64,000 nucleotides of DNA from Arcobacteraceae bacterium (GTDB lineage: Bacteria; Campylobacterota; Campylobacteria; Campylobacterales; Arcobacteraceae): assembly GCA_965224485.1 (NCBI GenBank), contig CBDCZH010000015.1, forward strand, positions 256,001 to 320,000, read 5' to 3'. The position numbers were made by a program, and so were the translations under genes. Of this stretch, positions 9,000 to 18,011 are shown one piece after another. Numbering within the stretch: position 1 is the stretch's first letter; every line of letters starts with the position of its first letter. Under the pieces are notes generated by a model, which was not told the origin of the DNA, did not search any database, and was given only the letters and a program-made list of their open reading frames with translations.

Positions 9000-10431
9000 A
9001 AATCAATTAAAAGCTTATACTCAAAGTTAAAAAAACTATATAAAAAAGAGTTTGATAAATTAGTTTTTGTATATGAGCCAACAGGTACTTACTCCTTTAC
9101 TTTAACAAAATTTTGTGCAAGTAAAAATATTAATTGTTTTATTGTAAATCCTAAAAAAAGTGCTAACTTTGCAAAAGTAATAGGAAATAGAAACAAAAAT
9201 GATATAGAAGATGCTAGATTGCTCTCACAAATGATTATAACTGCAAGAGAAGAAGAAATAAAGATTCCTATCATTAATGATAATGTTGAAGCAATTAAAG
9301 AAGCTATAACCTGTTATAAACTAATTATTAAGCAACAAACACAAAATAAAAATCATGCATCTTCGTTGAAAGCAAAAAGTGATTCTTCTTATGTACTTAA
9401 AGAATTAGAAATACAATATAAATTCTTAAAAAAACAAGAAGAGCGAATAATTAAAAAGATACTTACTTATCTTTCAAAAGATAAAAAGTTGTATCAATCA
9501 TTTTTAAATATTCAAACAATTGTAGGTATTGGTCAAATATCAGCAATTATATTAATATATCACTTTTTACAATATCCAGATGCAAACCAAAGACAAATAG
9601 TTTCTTTAGCCGGACTTGATCCAATTGAAAAGAGTTCAGGAACTTCAGTACGAGGTAAAACAAGAATATCAAAAGCAGGCTCAAAGATTTGTAGAGGAAC
9701 ACTGTTTATGCCAGTAATGGTAGCAGTACAAAAAAATGAAAAACTAAAAGAGTTTTATGAAAGACTAAAAGGAAATGGTAAACATACCACAGTAGCTCAA
9801 ATAGCAGTTATGAGAAAGATGATAGTAATAGCTCATAGTTTATATAAAAATAACGAAAGGTTCGATGTGAATAAAAGATAAAATTTCTTTTTAAAACAGT
9901 AAATACTTTATTATATTTTAAGGTGGCAACTCACTAAAATGTGCTCCCTGCACATTTTTAAACGTTCACACAGTTTCGGGCGGTTTCCGAAAAGAAAAAA
10001 TATCGTTCGGCTTCCTCAAAGTCAGGACAAGAGCAAGTAATCAAAATGCCCAATATAAAATAAATTTCTAAATATGTATTAAAACTATATCTACGAAGTA
10101 GACAAAAAATCATTCCGTTGATTGCTACATTTGCAGGAGCTAAAGTTTTTTTATTTTCTTGCGTAACCCAGCCATAACTGTGTGAGTGTGAAGAAATATG
10201 CTGGGAGCATATTTTAACGAGTTTTATGGCTAAGCAAGAAAATAAAAAAACTTTAGGTAGTCGAAGACCTCCGAAACGTAGTTGTTTTTGCTTACTTTTT
10301 GTCAATACAAAAGTAAGAAAGCGGGAACTGAAAGTTTACAAGAGCAAAAGCCAGTTAGTTAAAACTATTTAAAAGTATAAACTAATAAATATATTATAGA
10401 TTTTTAAATTAAATCCCTTTTTCTTTTTTTG

Positions 10432-10469
10432 TGACACAAACTGTGACATCTTTTTTGTATACTATTATT
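10432..10469 (+). promoter_or_regulatory. Putative promoter/operator, copy 2 (TGACACAAACTGTGACAT...TATACT)
   Basis: Near-identical to 5014-5050; TATACT at 10458-10463. Confidence 0.6.
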
Positions 10470-10671
10470 AATTTAAAATTTGTATTTAGTTTTAGTTTTT
10501 AAATAGACATTAATTTTAAAGAAACTATTGAAAAAGAACAAATATTCAAGATATCACTATTTCTCATTATTATAGGTAAAAAAATGATGTCTATTAATAC
10601 TGTATATTTGTGTTAATAGGGATAAAGTGTCCTACTAATAAGTAGTTATAAATTAAATATAAAGGAAAATT

Positions 10672-11067
10672 ATGGATTTATTATTTAGGCTAAAAAAAGA
10701 TATAAATGCTTTTAAAACTGAAACTCAGGCAAAAGACTTTTTTAAAAATACTATAAAAAGCAGAGACAATAACTATTTTTTTCATACAAAAAAAATAAGA
10801 CAATCACAAAAGGGTGATATCATTTATTTTGCTTTTGAAGGGTACATTATTGCAAAAGCAATTTATGGTGGAAATATAATTATTAATCAAATTAGAGATA
10901 AAGATTTTATTAATGGACATGAATTAAATGATATATTTATTATAGATGGTTCTTTAAAAATAAACTCTAATATAATAAAAGGTAGAGGAATAAAATATAT
11001 TGATGAAAATTCAATTGAAAAAGAAATAGAAAAAGTTCTAACTAGGGCTAAATTTACTAGTCAATAA
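10672..11067 (+). CDS. Hypothetical protein (weak EVE/PUA-like pattern)
   Basis: AAAGGA RBS, 131 aa. KGDIIYFAFEGYIIAKA resembles the GD-hydrophobic strand of EVE-like domains; domain call is tentative. Confidence 0.55.
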   Translation: MDLLFRLKKDINAFKTETQAKDFFKNTIKSRDNNYFFHTKKIRQSQKGDIIYFAFEGYIIAKAIYGGNIIINQIRDKDFINGHELNDIFIIDGSLKINSNIIKGRGIKYIDENSIEKEIEKVLTRAKFTSQ

Positions 11068-11107
11068 GACTTAAATTAAAGGTGCCTGTCCCTATTTTTC
11101 TATTTTT

Positions 11108-11161
11108 ATGCAACAACTATAAGTGACGTAAAGAGAACGTCGCTGAAGTAAAAGGCTATAT
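11108..11161 (+). other. Degenerate attC-like site
   Basis: GCAAC...AGTGACGT-aaagaga-ACGTCGCT-GAAGT...GCTATAT; shares GCAACAA and GCTGAAGT with 6071-6124; GTT has become GCT. Confidence 0.5.
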
Positions 11162-11173
11162 TTTCAGGAGTTT

Positions 11174-11842
11174 GTGTTGAAACATCTAATATTTGAGTCA
11201 TTTTTGAGAGATTTAGAAGCGCATAGAAATGACTCTGTGAAAACAGAACTAGAGCAATATCACGTAGATTGCTATTACACGTTTCGAGCTATAGAAACGT
11301 CACTAAAGAAGCTAAAAGTTGCAGAAGAATGTATAAAACAGTCATATAAATATAGCCCCAATGAGCATGAGGTTGCGGAGTATATTGAATTCCATATCGA
11401 GAACTACTTGATCCGAAGTCGTTCTATTTATGACAGAGTTTTAATATTCACAAACTACCTATGTGATATTCAAATGGCTAAAGAAGTAGTTGCTCACCTT
11501 TCAATTATTACAAACCGAAAAGTTGAAATGGCAGGATTGAAACCTGCATTGAAAAAAATCAACAAAACTTGTGAGTATTATAGAGTTAAAAGGAATGGCG
11601 TTGTTCATCATGATAAGTATTCTGATGTAGAACTAGATTGGTTAGATACGGTGAGTAAAGCAAAATATATTACAAATGGTGAAATTGGTATATCTAATGA
11701 CCTAACTTTACAAAGGATAATTAGTGTAATCGAAAGTCATCTTAAAGAATTTGAGGAAAATACACGATTAATCTCCGAATCAATAAATAGTTTCTTAGAT
11801 TTAGCCGTTCCCATTTATGATAAATATGCACAAAAAATATAA
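11174..11842 (+). CDS. HEPN-domain protein, Cthe_2314-like (putative RNase toxin/defence)
   Basis: FHIENYLIRSRSIYDRVL helix and Rx4H motif RNGVVH; flanked by attC-like sites. Confidence 0.7.
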   Translation: MLKHLIFESFLRDLEAHRNDSVKTELEQYHVDCYYTFRAIETSLKKLKVAEECIKQSYKYSPNEHEVAEYIEFHIENYLIRSRSIYDRVLIFTNYLCDIQMAKEVVAHLSIITNRKVEMAGLKPALKKINKTCEYYRVKRNGVVHHDKYSDVELDWLDTVSKAKYITNGEIGISNDLTLQRIISVIESHLKEFEENTRLISESINSFLDLAVPIYDKYAQKI

Positions 11843-11889
11843 CAACTACTAGCAGCAAACGAAGAGCGGCACTAAGTTCAACGTCATGT
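11837..11889 (+). other. Degenerate attC-like site
   Basis: ATATAAC overlaps the stop codon; CAGCAAACG-aagag-CGGCACTAAGTTCAACGTC is homologous to 6071-6124. Confidence 0.55.
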
Positions 11890-11936
11890 CACAATGATAT
11901 TCTACTTAATTAAAAATTTTATATAAGGATTAGCAT

Positions 11937-12956
11937 ATGGGATTATTTAACTTTTGGAAAAGAAGAGAAACAGCTTTAGTTCAAAATAAAAACACTGACC
12001 TTTCAGTTAAGGGGTTAGTTATTCATGAAGATTTAAAAAAGTTAGTTTGGATTGGAGATGGAAAATATAAAAACTATGAACAATCACAAGGAGATGAAAA
12101 TTCATTTGAAGTTGATGGTTTTCGAGTAACAATTTCTTTTCAGAATAAGGAGGAACCAAGTCTAATATATACAAATCAAAAGATAAATAAAATAAAAGAT
12201 TTAACTTCAATTGAAAGGCCATCATATTGGCCAACTTATTCAGAATTAACACCTGAACAAAAATGGGTATATCTTACACTCCTCTCAAACCCATATAACA
12301 GAGCAATAGACATTGCTTTTGTTTTTATCTTATATTATGGCCTAGAGAGACACTTACTTTGTGGAAATTTTGAAGAAGCTATTTATGTTATTTTAAAATT
12401 AAGGGACGTCCATACTAATAAATCATTTCAATCTTATTCTGCTAATGCAGTAGTTCTTTCATGTATGCTACATAAAAGGAGCGACCTTGTTTTAGATTTT
12501 ATAAACTCACTAGATAAAGAACATGAATTATTATTTTCTAATAATTTATTTTTAATCTGTTATTATAGTTTTGATATTCATTTAATGCCAAAAGATGTAA
12601 TGAGGATGGCTTCTACTTTTGAATTTAATAAAAAAAACTATATAAAAAAAAATACAGAATTATTTTTAAAAAGTCTTACTACAGCAATAGAATCAAAATT
12701 AGGAATAAACACGATTGATTTGAAAAAATATTTAATAGCTAGTGAAATAAAAAAAGTTAAACAACAAGAAGTTGGAATATTTGCAAATATATCAATTATA
12801 GATAAATCAATTACAATTCCTCTTCTATCTGACAATTTTAAATTAAAAAGAGAAATGTATAATTTCCTAGAAATAGCTCACGAGGATGTAAAGAAAAAAC
12901 TTGCGGAAATAAGAAAAGTAAAAAAGTCCTATGAATCAAAGAAAGAGCTTAAATAA
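11937..12956 (+). CDS. TerB N-terminal (TerB-N) domain protein
   Basis: PSYWPTYSELTPEQKWVYL...IDIAFVFILYYGLERHL matches the TerB-N pattern. Confidence 0.7.
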   Translation: MGLFNFWKRRETALVQNKNTDLSVKGLVIHEDLKKLVWIGDGKYKNYEQSQGDENSFEVDGFRVTISFQNKEEPSLIYTNQKINKIKDLTSIERPSYWPTYSELTPEQKWVYLTLLSNPYNRAIDIAFVFILYYGLERHLLCGNFEEAIYVILKLRDVHTNKSFQSYSANAVVLSCMLHKRSDLVLDFINSLDKEHELLFSNNLFLICYYSFDIHLMPKDVMRMASTFEFNKKNYIKKNTELFLKSLTTAIESKLGINTIDLKKYLIASEIKKVKQQEVGIFANISIIDKSITIPLLSDNFKLKREMYNFLEIAHEDVKKKLAEIRKVKKSYESKKELK

Positions 12957-12958
12957 AG

Positions 12959-13027
12959 ACATAACAAAACGAAGAATCCAATATTTGATCCAAGGGTGGG
13001 TAAACATTGCCATCTATAACATTACAT
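12959..13027 (+). other. Degenerate attC-like site (second sequence type)
   Basis: ACATAAC just after the stop; CAATATTT-GATCCA...TGGGT-AAACATTG hairpin; ends AAC-ATTACAT where GTT is expected. Confidence 0.55.
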
Positions 13028-13041
13028 AAACAGGAAAACAA

Positions 13042-13824
13042 ATGAAAACATTTAATCACCAATCGAATCAATACTTAAACATTGACAAAGCTAAAATATA
13101 TTTCGAAACAATAGGAAATAAAGAAAAACCAATTCTCCTTGTGCTTCATGGTGGATTTGGAACAATAGAAGATTTAAATTCAATAGTTTCCTATCTTTCA
13201 AAAGATTTTTACATCATTGGAATAGACAACAGAGGACATGGAAAATCTACCCTAGGAGATAAAAAACTAAGCTATGAGCAAATACAATTTGATGTTGAAA
13301 CTATATTAAAAGATTTAAACATTGATACTATTAATATCCTTGGTTTTAGTGACGGTGGAGTTGTTGCTTATAGAATTGCTTCAAGTAATAAGATAAAAGT
13401 AAATAAACTTATTACAATAGGGGCTTCATGGAGAGAACAAGATATTTTAGAAATTGAAGATATGGTAAATACAATAAGTCCTAAAAGTGCAAAAGAAATA
13501 TTTCACGAGAATTATGACTTATATCAAAAATTAAACCAAGAAATAGATTTTGATAAATTAACAAAAGCAAATGTTGATATGTGGCTTGATAAGAGTAAAA
13601 CAGGACATCCTAATAAAAATGTTAGAAAAATTACTGCAAAAGTATTATTAATAAGAGGAGATAATGATTTTTTAGTATCTTTAGACTCTTTAGCAAAGTT
13701 AAAAAATGAGATTAAAGATTCATCTTTATTAAATGTTTCATTTTCACAACATGAAGTACATAAAGAACAAGCCCAAGTTATCGAAATAATGATAAAAGAT
13801 TTTTTGGAAGTATCAAAAAAATAG
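13042..13824 (+). CDS. Alpha/beta hydrolase
   Basis: LHGGFG oxyanion loop, DNRGHGKS, nucleophile GFSDGG, GDND acid, C-terminal His. Confidence 0.9.
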   Translation: MKTFNHQSNQYLNIDKAKIYFETIGNKEKPILLVLHGGFGTIEDLNSIVSYLSKDFYIIGIDNRGHGKSTLGDKKLSYEQIQFDVETILKDLNIDTINILGFSDGGVVAYRIASSNKIKVNKLITIGASWREQDILEIEDMVNTISPKSAKEIFHENYDLYQKLNQEIDFDKLTKANVDMWLDKSKTGHPNKNVRKITAKVLLIRGDNDFLVSLDSLAKLKNEIKDSSLLNVSFSQHEVHKEQAQVIEIMIKDFLEVSKK

Positions 13825-13876
13825 AAGATAGTAGAAGAGAATAGAAGATAAAAAAACATAAGAAAAGAAAGAGAAA

Positions 13877-14092
13877 ATGAAAGAATCTTTAAAAAAGAAA
13901 ATAATAGATGTTTGTAATAAAAAAATTGAAGCAAAAGGTTCTAATGTAGGTCTATCTTTTTACGCATTTTTTGCAAATAAAAATGATGACCCGCAATTAT
14001 TGATGTATCTTGCACAGTGGTGGATATTAGAGCATAAATTAGACCATTTTGAAAAAGCTGTAAAAATAAAAAAAATGATTGAAGAGCTTTGA
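13877..14092 (+). CDS. Small conserved protein, DUF6500-like
   Basis: KGSNVGLSFYAFFANKNDDP...WWI...LDHFEKA recognised pattern; function unknown. Confidence 0.6.
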   Translation: MKESLKKKIIDVCNKKIEAKGSNVGLSFYAFFANKNDDPQLLMYLAQWWILEHKLDHFEKAVKIKKMIEEL

Positions 14093-14223
14093 GTTTATTG
14101 TTTAAAAAAGAATACTAGACTTTTATTAATCATATGTCATTAGCCAAAACTAAGTAAGATGACATATAATGCACATAGAAAATTATAGAATTAAATAACA
14201 CCTTATATATAAAGAGTAAAATA

Positions 14224-15375
14224 ATGTATAACTTTGATGAAGAAACAAATAGAGAAAATACTAACTGTATTAAATATGATGCCCTACCTAAATACTTTGG
14301 TGTTTCTGATGTACAGCCCTTATGGGTTGCTGATATGGATTTTAAGGTATGTTCCCAAATCAATGAGGCTATTTTAAATAAAGTAAAACATGGTGTTTAT
14401 GGTTATGCTAAAGTTCCAGAAAAAACTCTTGTTTTAATTAAACAATGGATGAAAAAAAGACATAATTTTGATATAAAAACAGATGATATTACTATGATAA
14501 ATGGAGTAGTTCCTGCTTATAGTGCTGCTATTGAAGCATTTTCGCAAGAAGGTGATGAGATAATTGTACAAACTCCTGTTTATTTTCCTTTATTTAACTC
14601 AGTTAAAGCCAATAATCGAGTGCTGATTAAAAATCCCTTGGTACAAAAAGATGGTTATTATACTATGGATTTAGAACACTTAGAATCAATAATAACTCCT
14701 AAAACAAAAATACTCACCCTTTGCTCTCCTCATAATCCAGTAGGAAGAGTGTGGAATAAAGAAGAATTAGAAAAATTAGCAGATATTTGTATTAAACATA
14801 ATATAAAAATAATATCAGATGAAATACATGCTGATTTGGTTTTCAAAAAATTTACGGCCCTTGCTTCAATATCTTCTAAAATTGCAGATATTACTTTAAC
14901 TCTGAACTCAGCTGGTAAAACATTTAATATTGCTGGTTTAAATTGTGCTTATACTATTTGTTCTAATAAGAAAATGAAAGATAGTTTTGATAAAGTTGTA
15001 CAAAAAAGAGAAATTGGTTCTATTAATGTTTTTGGATTACTTGCCCTAGAAGCTGCTTATGAATTTGGAGATATTTGGTTAGAAGAATTATTAGTTTACT
15101 TAGAAAATAATATTAAAATAACGAAAAACTATTTAGATAAAACTTCTATTACTTTTAAAAAACCAGAAGCTACGTACTTATTGTGGCTAGATTTTACTAA
15201 GTCATCACTAAGTCATGATAAAGTGAGAACAAAGTTATTGCAAGAATGTAAAGTTGCCTTAAATGATGGAATTACCTTTGGAAAAGAAGGAAAGAACTAT
15301 TTTAGGCTTAATGTAGCTCTTCAAAACAAAGAATTAGAAAAAGCATTGGGTAGAATCGTAACAAAATTCTCTTAG
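14224..15375 (+). CDS. MalY/PatB-family PLP-dependent C-S lyase/aminotransferase
   Basis: PLWVADMDF, LCSPHNPVGRVW, SDEIHADL, SAGKTFNIAGL (PLP lysine). Confidence 0.92.
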   Translation: MYNFDEETNRENTNCIKYDALPKYFGVSDVQPLWVADMDFKVCSQINEAILNKVKHGVYGYAKVPEKTLVLIKQWMKKRHNFDIKTDDITMINGVVPAYSAAIEAFSQEGDEIIVQTPVYFPLFNSVKANNRVLIKNPLVQKDGYYTMDLEHLESIITPKTKILTLCSPHNPVGRVWNKEELEKLADICIKHNIKIISDEIHADLVFKKFTALASISSKIADITLTLNSAGKTFNIAGLNCAYTICSNKKMKDSFDKVVQKREIGSINVFGLLALEAAYEFGDIWLEELLVYLENNIKITKNYLDKTSITFKKPEATYLLWLDFTKSSLSHDKVRTKLLQECKVALNDGITFGKEGKNYFRLNVALQNKELEKALGRIVTKFS

Positions 15376-15378
15376 AAT

Positions 15379-15392
15379 TTGACCATAATCAA
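15379..15392. promoter_or_regulatory. Crp/Fnr-type box upstream of nuoA
   Basis: TTGACCATAATCAA = TTGA-N6-TCAA. Confidence 0.5.
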
Positions 15393-15515
15393 GGAAAACA
15401 TTACTTATATTCTCATTATGTAATTTCTTTAAAAAATTTAAGCTTATCGCTATATTCTTCTAACAATCTTATTGTATAATTAACTTAAATAAAAGAAAAC
15501 TATTGGAAAATTAAA

Positions 15516-15878
15516 ATGTCAGATGAATTAGTACTCTCTTCTATTATTTTTGTAGTTATTGGTATTGTTTTAGTATCAGTATTTTTACTATCAAAATATA
15601 TAGGACCACAAAACAAAAGCGTAAAGTCAAAACATACTCTATACGAGTCAGGTGTGTCAAACCCTATTGGTGGAACAAAATTAAGATTTTCTATTAAGTT
15701 TTACTTAGTAGCTATTTTATTTGTTTTATTTGATGTAGAGATTATATTTATGTTTCCTTGGGCAGTAAACTTAAGAGAATTAGGTTTCTTTGGTTTAGCA
15801 GAAATGTTTATGTTTATGGGACTATTATTCTCTGGTTTAATTTATATATATAAGAAAAAGGCACTTTCATGGGATTAG
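15516..15878 (+). CDS. nuoA: NADH-quinone oxidoreductase subunit A
   Basis: YESG...[23 protein letters not shown]. Confidence 0.95.
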   Translation: MSDELVLSSIIFVVIGIVLVSVFLLSKYIGPQNKSVKSKHTLYESGVSNPIGGTKLRFSIKFYLVAILFVLFDVEIIFMFPWAVNLRELGFFGLAEMFMFMGLLFSGLIYIYKKKALSWD

Positions 15879-16384
15879 GAGCAGAATCAGTATTAGGAGA
15901 TTCAGTATTTACTACAAGATTAGATAAAGCAGTTAACTGGGCAAGATCATATTCATTATGGCCTATGGTATTTGGAACGGCATGTTGTGGTATTGAGTTT
16001 ATGTCTGTTGCAGCTTCTAGATTTGATTTATCTAGATTTGGGGCGGAAGTTGTAAGATTTTCTCCAAGACAGGCTGATTTATTAGTTGTTGCTGGAACAA
16101 TTACTTATAAACAAGCACCTGTATTAAAGAAAATTTATGACCAAATGTGTGAGCCTAAATGGGTTATATCTATGGGAGCTTGTGCAAGTTCTGGTGGTTT
16201 TTATGATAACTATACAACATTACAAGGAATTGATCAAATTATTCCTGTTGATGTTTATATCTCAGGATGTCCTCCAAGACCAGAAGCATTTTTAGATGCT
16301 TTAATAGAAATTCAAAAACTAGCACAAAAAGAGTCTATTATAGTTGATAGAGTTAGAGATTTTAAAGGAATATTAGATGCTTAG
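15869..16384 (+). CDS. nuoB: NADH-quinone oxidoreductase subunit B
   Basis: [31 protein letters not shown] (N2 ligands). Confidence 0.97.
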   Translation: MGLGAESVLGDSVFTTRLDKAVNWARSYSLWPMVFGTACCGIEFMSVAASRFDLSRFGAEVVRFSPRQADLLVVAGTITYKQAPVLKKIYDQMCEPKWVISMGACASSGGFYDNYTTLQGIDQIIPVDVYISGCPPRPEAFLDALIEIQKLAQKESIIVDRVRDFKGILDA

Positions 16385-18011
16385 TGCTGATATGGTTATC
16401 TCTGCTTCGCAGATAAAAGAGACAATTATAAAACTTAAAAATGAAGATAATTATCATATTTTATTAGATATTACTGCTATTGATTTTTTAACATATCCAG
16501 ATGTAACTCCTTCAAGATTTGCAGTTATTTATATATTAAGAGATAAAACTTTTAAAAAACAATTTGTTCTTAAAGCTTATGTTGATGATAACAATCTTTG
16601 TATTGATTCACTTTGTGATGTTTATGAGGCTGCTAACTGGGGTGAGAGAGAAGTATATGACCAATATGGTATAAAATTCATTGGTCATCCTAATTTAAAA
16701 AGAGTTTTAAATCATCATCAATTTAAAGGTCATCCTTTAAGAAAAGATTACAATATTACTGATGGTCAAATTTGTACCGAAACTGAAGATTTAATGGATG
16801 AAATGGCTCCTTTATTAAAATCAAAAGGTTTTTCAAGTGAAGATTTAGAAGAATTAATGTATTTAAATATTGGACCTTCACATCCAGCATCGCATGGAAC
16901 TATTAGAAACTTTATGGCACTTGAGGGTGAAACTATTGCTGCTTGTGTAACAGAAATTGGTTACTTACATAGAGGTTTTGAAAAAGCCTGTGAAACGCAT
17001 ACTTACTCACAAGCAATTCCTTATACAGATAGATTAAATTACTGTAGCGCTATTTTAAATAACATTGGTTATGCAAAAACTGTTGAAGATATGTTAGGTG
17101 TTGAGATAACTCCACGTGCTAAAATGATTAGAGTTTTAATTGGTGAATTATCAAGAATCACTGATCATATTGTTTGTAATGCTGCAAATATGGTTGATTT
17201 AGGTGGACTTACAAACTTCTGGTACATTTTTGCTCCAAGAGATAAAGCTTATGATTTACTTTCAAAATTAACAGGTGCTAGACTTACTAATACTTATACA
17301 AGAATTGGTGGTTTAGAATTTGATTTATATGAAGGTTTTGAAGCTGACTTAGATGAAATTTTAAGAGATGTTGAAAAAGCTATTGATGATTCACTTTCAT
17401 TGATACAAAGAAATAGAATTTTTCTAGATAGAACACAAGATGCTGGAAAATTCGACTCAGAATTTGCGATAAATGCTGGAATTACTGGACCTAATCTAAG
17501 AGCTACTGGAATTTCTTATGATATGAGAAAAGATAATCCATATTATGGTTATGAAGACTTTGATTTTGATGTTGTAATTGGATCACATGGTGATGTTTAT
17601 GACAGAATGATGTGTAGATTTGAAGAAATGAGACAAAGTATTAGAATAATTGAACAAGCAATGAAAGAGATGCCAGATGGGCCTATTAATGTTAGTGCTC
17701 CTGGGATTTTACTTCCTAGTAAAAAAGATGTATATGGGAATATTGAAGGTTTAATGAATCAATTTAAACTTACTTTTGAAGGTATTAAAGTACCAAAAGG
17801 TGAATATTATAATGCAACTGAAGCTGCTAATGGTGAACTTGGTTTTCATATTACAAGCGATGGAAGCGGAACACCTTATAAGGTAAAATGTAGACCACCT
17901 TGTTTTTATTCACTTGCAGCTTTTGCAAAAATTTGTGAAAATGATATGTTAGCTGATGCTGTTATTACTATGGCATCTATGAACTTTATAGCTGGGGAGT
18001 TTGATAGATAA
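16377..18011 (+). CDS. nuoCD: Fused NADH-quinone oxidoreductase subunit C/D
   Basis: NuoC WGEREVYD...GHPLRKDY followed by Nuo[22 protein letters not shown]-terminal GEFDR. Confidence 0.95.
   Translation: MLSADMVISASQIKETIIKLKNEDNYHILLDITAIDFLTYPDVTPSRFAVIYILRDKTFKKQFVLKAYVDDNNLCIDSLCDVYEAANWGEREVYDQYGIKFIGHPNLKRVLNHHQFKGHPLRKDYNITDGQICTETEDLMDEMAPLLKSKGFSSEDLEELMYLNIGPSHPASHGTIRNFMALEGETIAACVTEIGYLHRGFEKACETHTYSQAIPYTDRLNYCSAILNNIGYAKTVEDMLGVEITPRAKMIRVLIGELSRITDHIVCNAANMVDLGGLTNFWYIFAPRDKAYDLLSKLTGARLTNTYTRIGGLEFDLYEGFEADLDEILRDVEKAIDDSLSLIQRNRIFLDRTQDAGKFDSEFAINAGITGPNLRATGISYDMRKDNPYYGYEDFDFDVVIGSHGDVYDRMMCRFEEMRQSIRIIEQAMKEMPDGPINVSAPGILLPSKKDVYGNIEGLMNQFKLTFEGIKVPKGEYYNATEAANGELGFHITSDGSGTPYKVKCRPPCFYSLAAFAKICENDMLADAVITMASMNFIAGEFDR

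Larger units (their letters stand above)
7794..9881 (+). pseudogene. IS110 recombinase/transposase interrupted by IS30 after codon 31
   Basis: 7794-7886 = MYSIGLDVSK...NDLK resumes in frame at 9003 (SIKSLYSK...). Restored protein is ~323 aa with RuvC-like D (GLDVSK), E (VYEPTG), DxxD (KNDIEDA) and the Tnp-domain AGLDP...SSGTS serine motif. Confidence 0.93.
7536..9931 (+). mobile_element. IS110-family element (IS621-like layout), ~1278 bp once the nested IS30 and its duplication are removed
   Basis: CT core at both junctions (7536-7537, 9930-9931), no terminal IRs, ~256-nt non-coding left end, DEDD recombinase gene, ~50-nt right end. Junctions match the internal guide sequences. Confidence 0.9.
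7424..10325. repeat. Structured non-coding REP/BIME- or MITE-like repeat (~0.5 kb: ~7424-7537 plus ~9932-10325) interrupted by IS110; boundaries approximate
   Basis: Rejoining the flanks gives nested stems: TTGATGAAGGC/GCTTCCTCAA, ATTTTTACTTTTC/GAAAAGAAAAAAT, CTGCCC/GGGCGG, AAAATGTGC/GCACATTTT. 10171-10230 is an inverted diverged copy of the central unit. Both ends carry T-rich/A-rich hairpins in inverted orientation. Confidence 0.6.

Noticed and set aside
7502..9937. 8-bp direct repeat CTCACTAA (7502-7509 and 9930-9937) as the IS110 boundary or target duplication
   Set aside because: With that boundary the left target guide and right donor guide have no match, and the host repeat's stems are broken. 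The CT core at 7536-7537 satisfies all four guides.
9958..10305. 115-aa minus-strand ORF
   Set aside because: Falls wholly in the palindromic repeat element; no RBS or recognisable motif.
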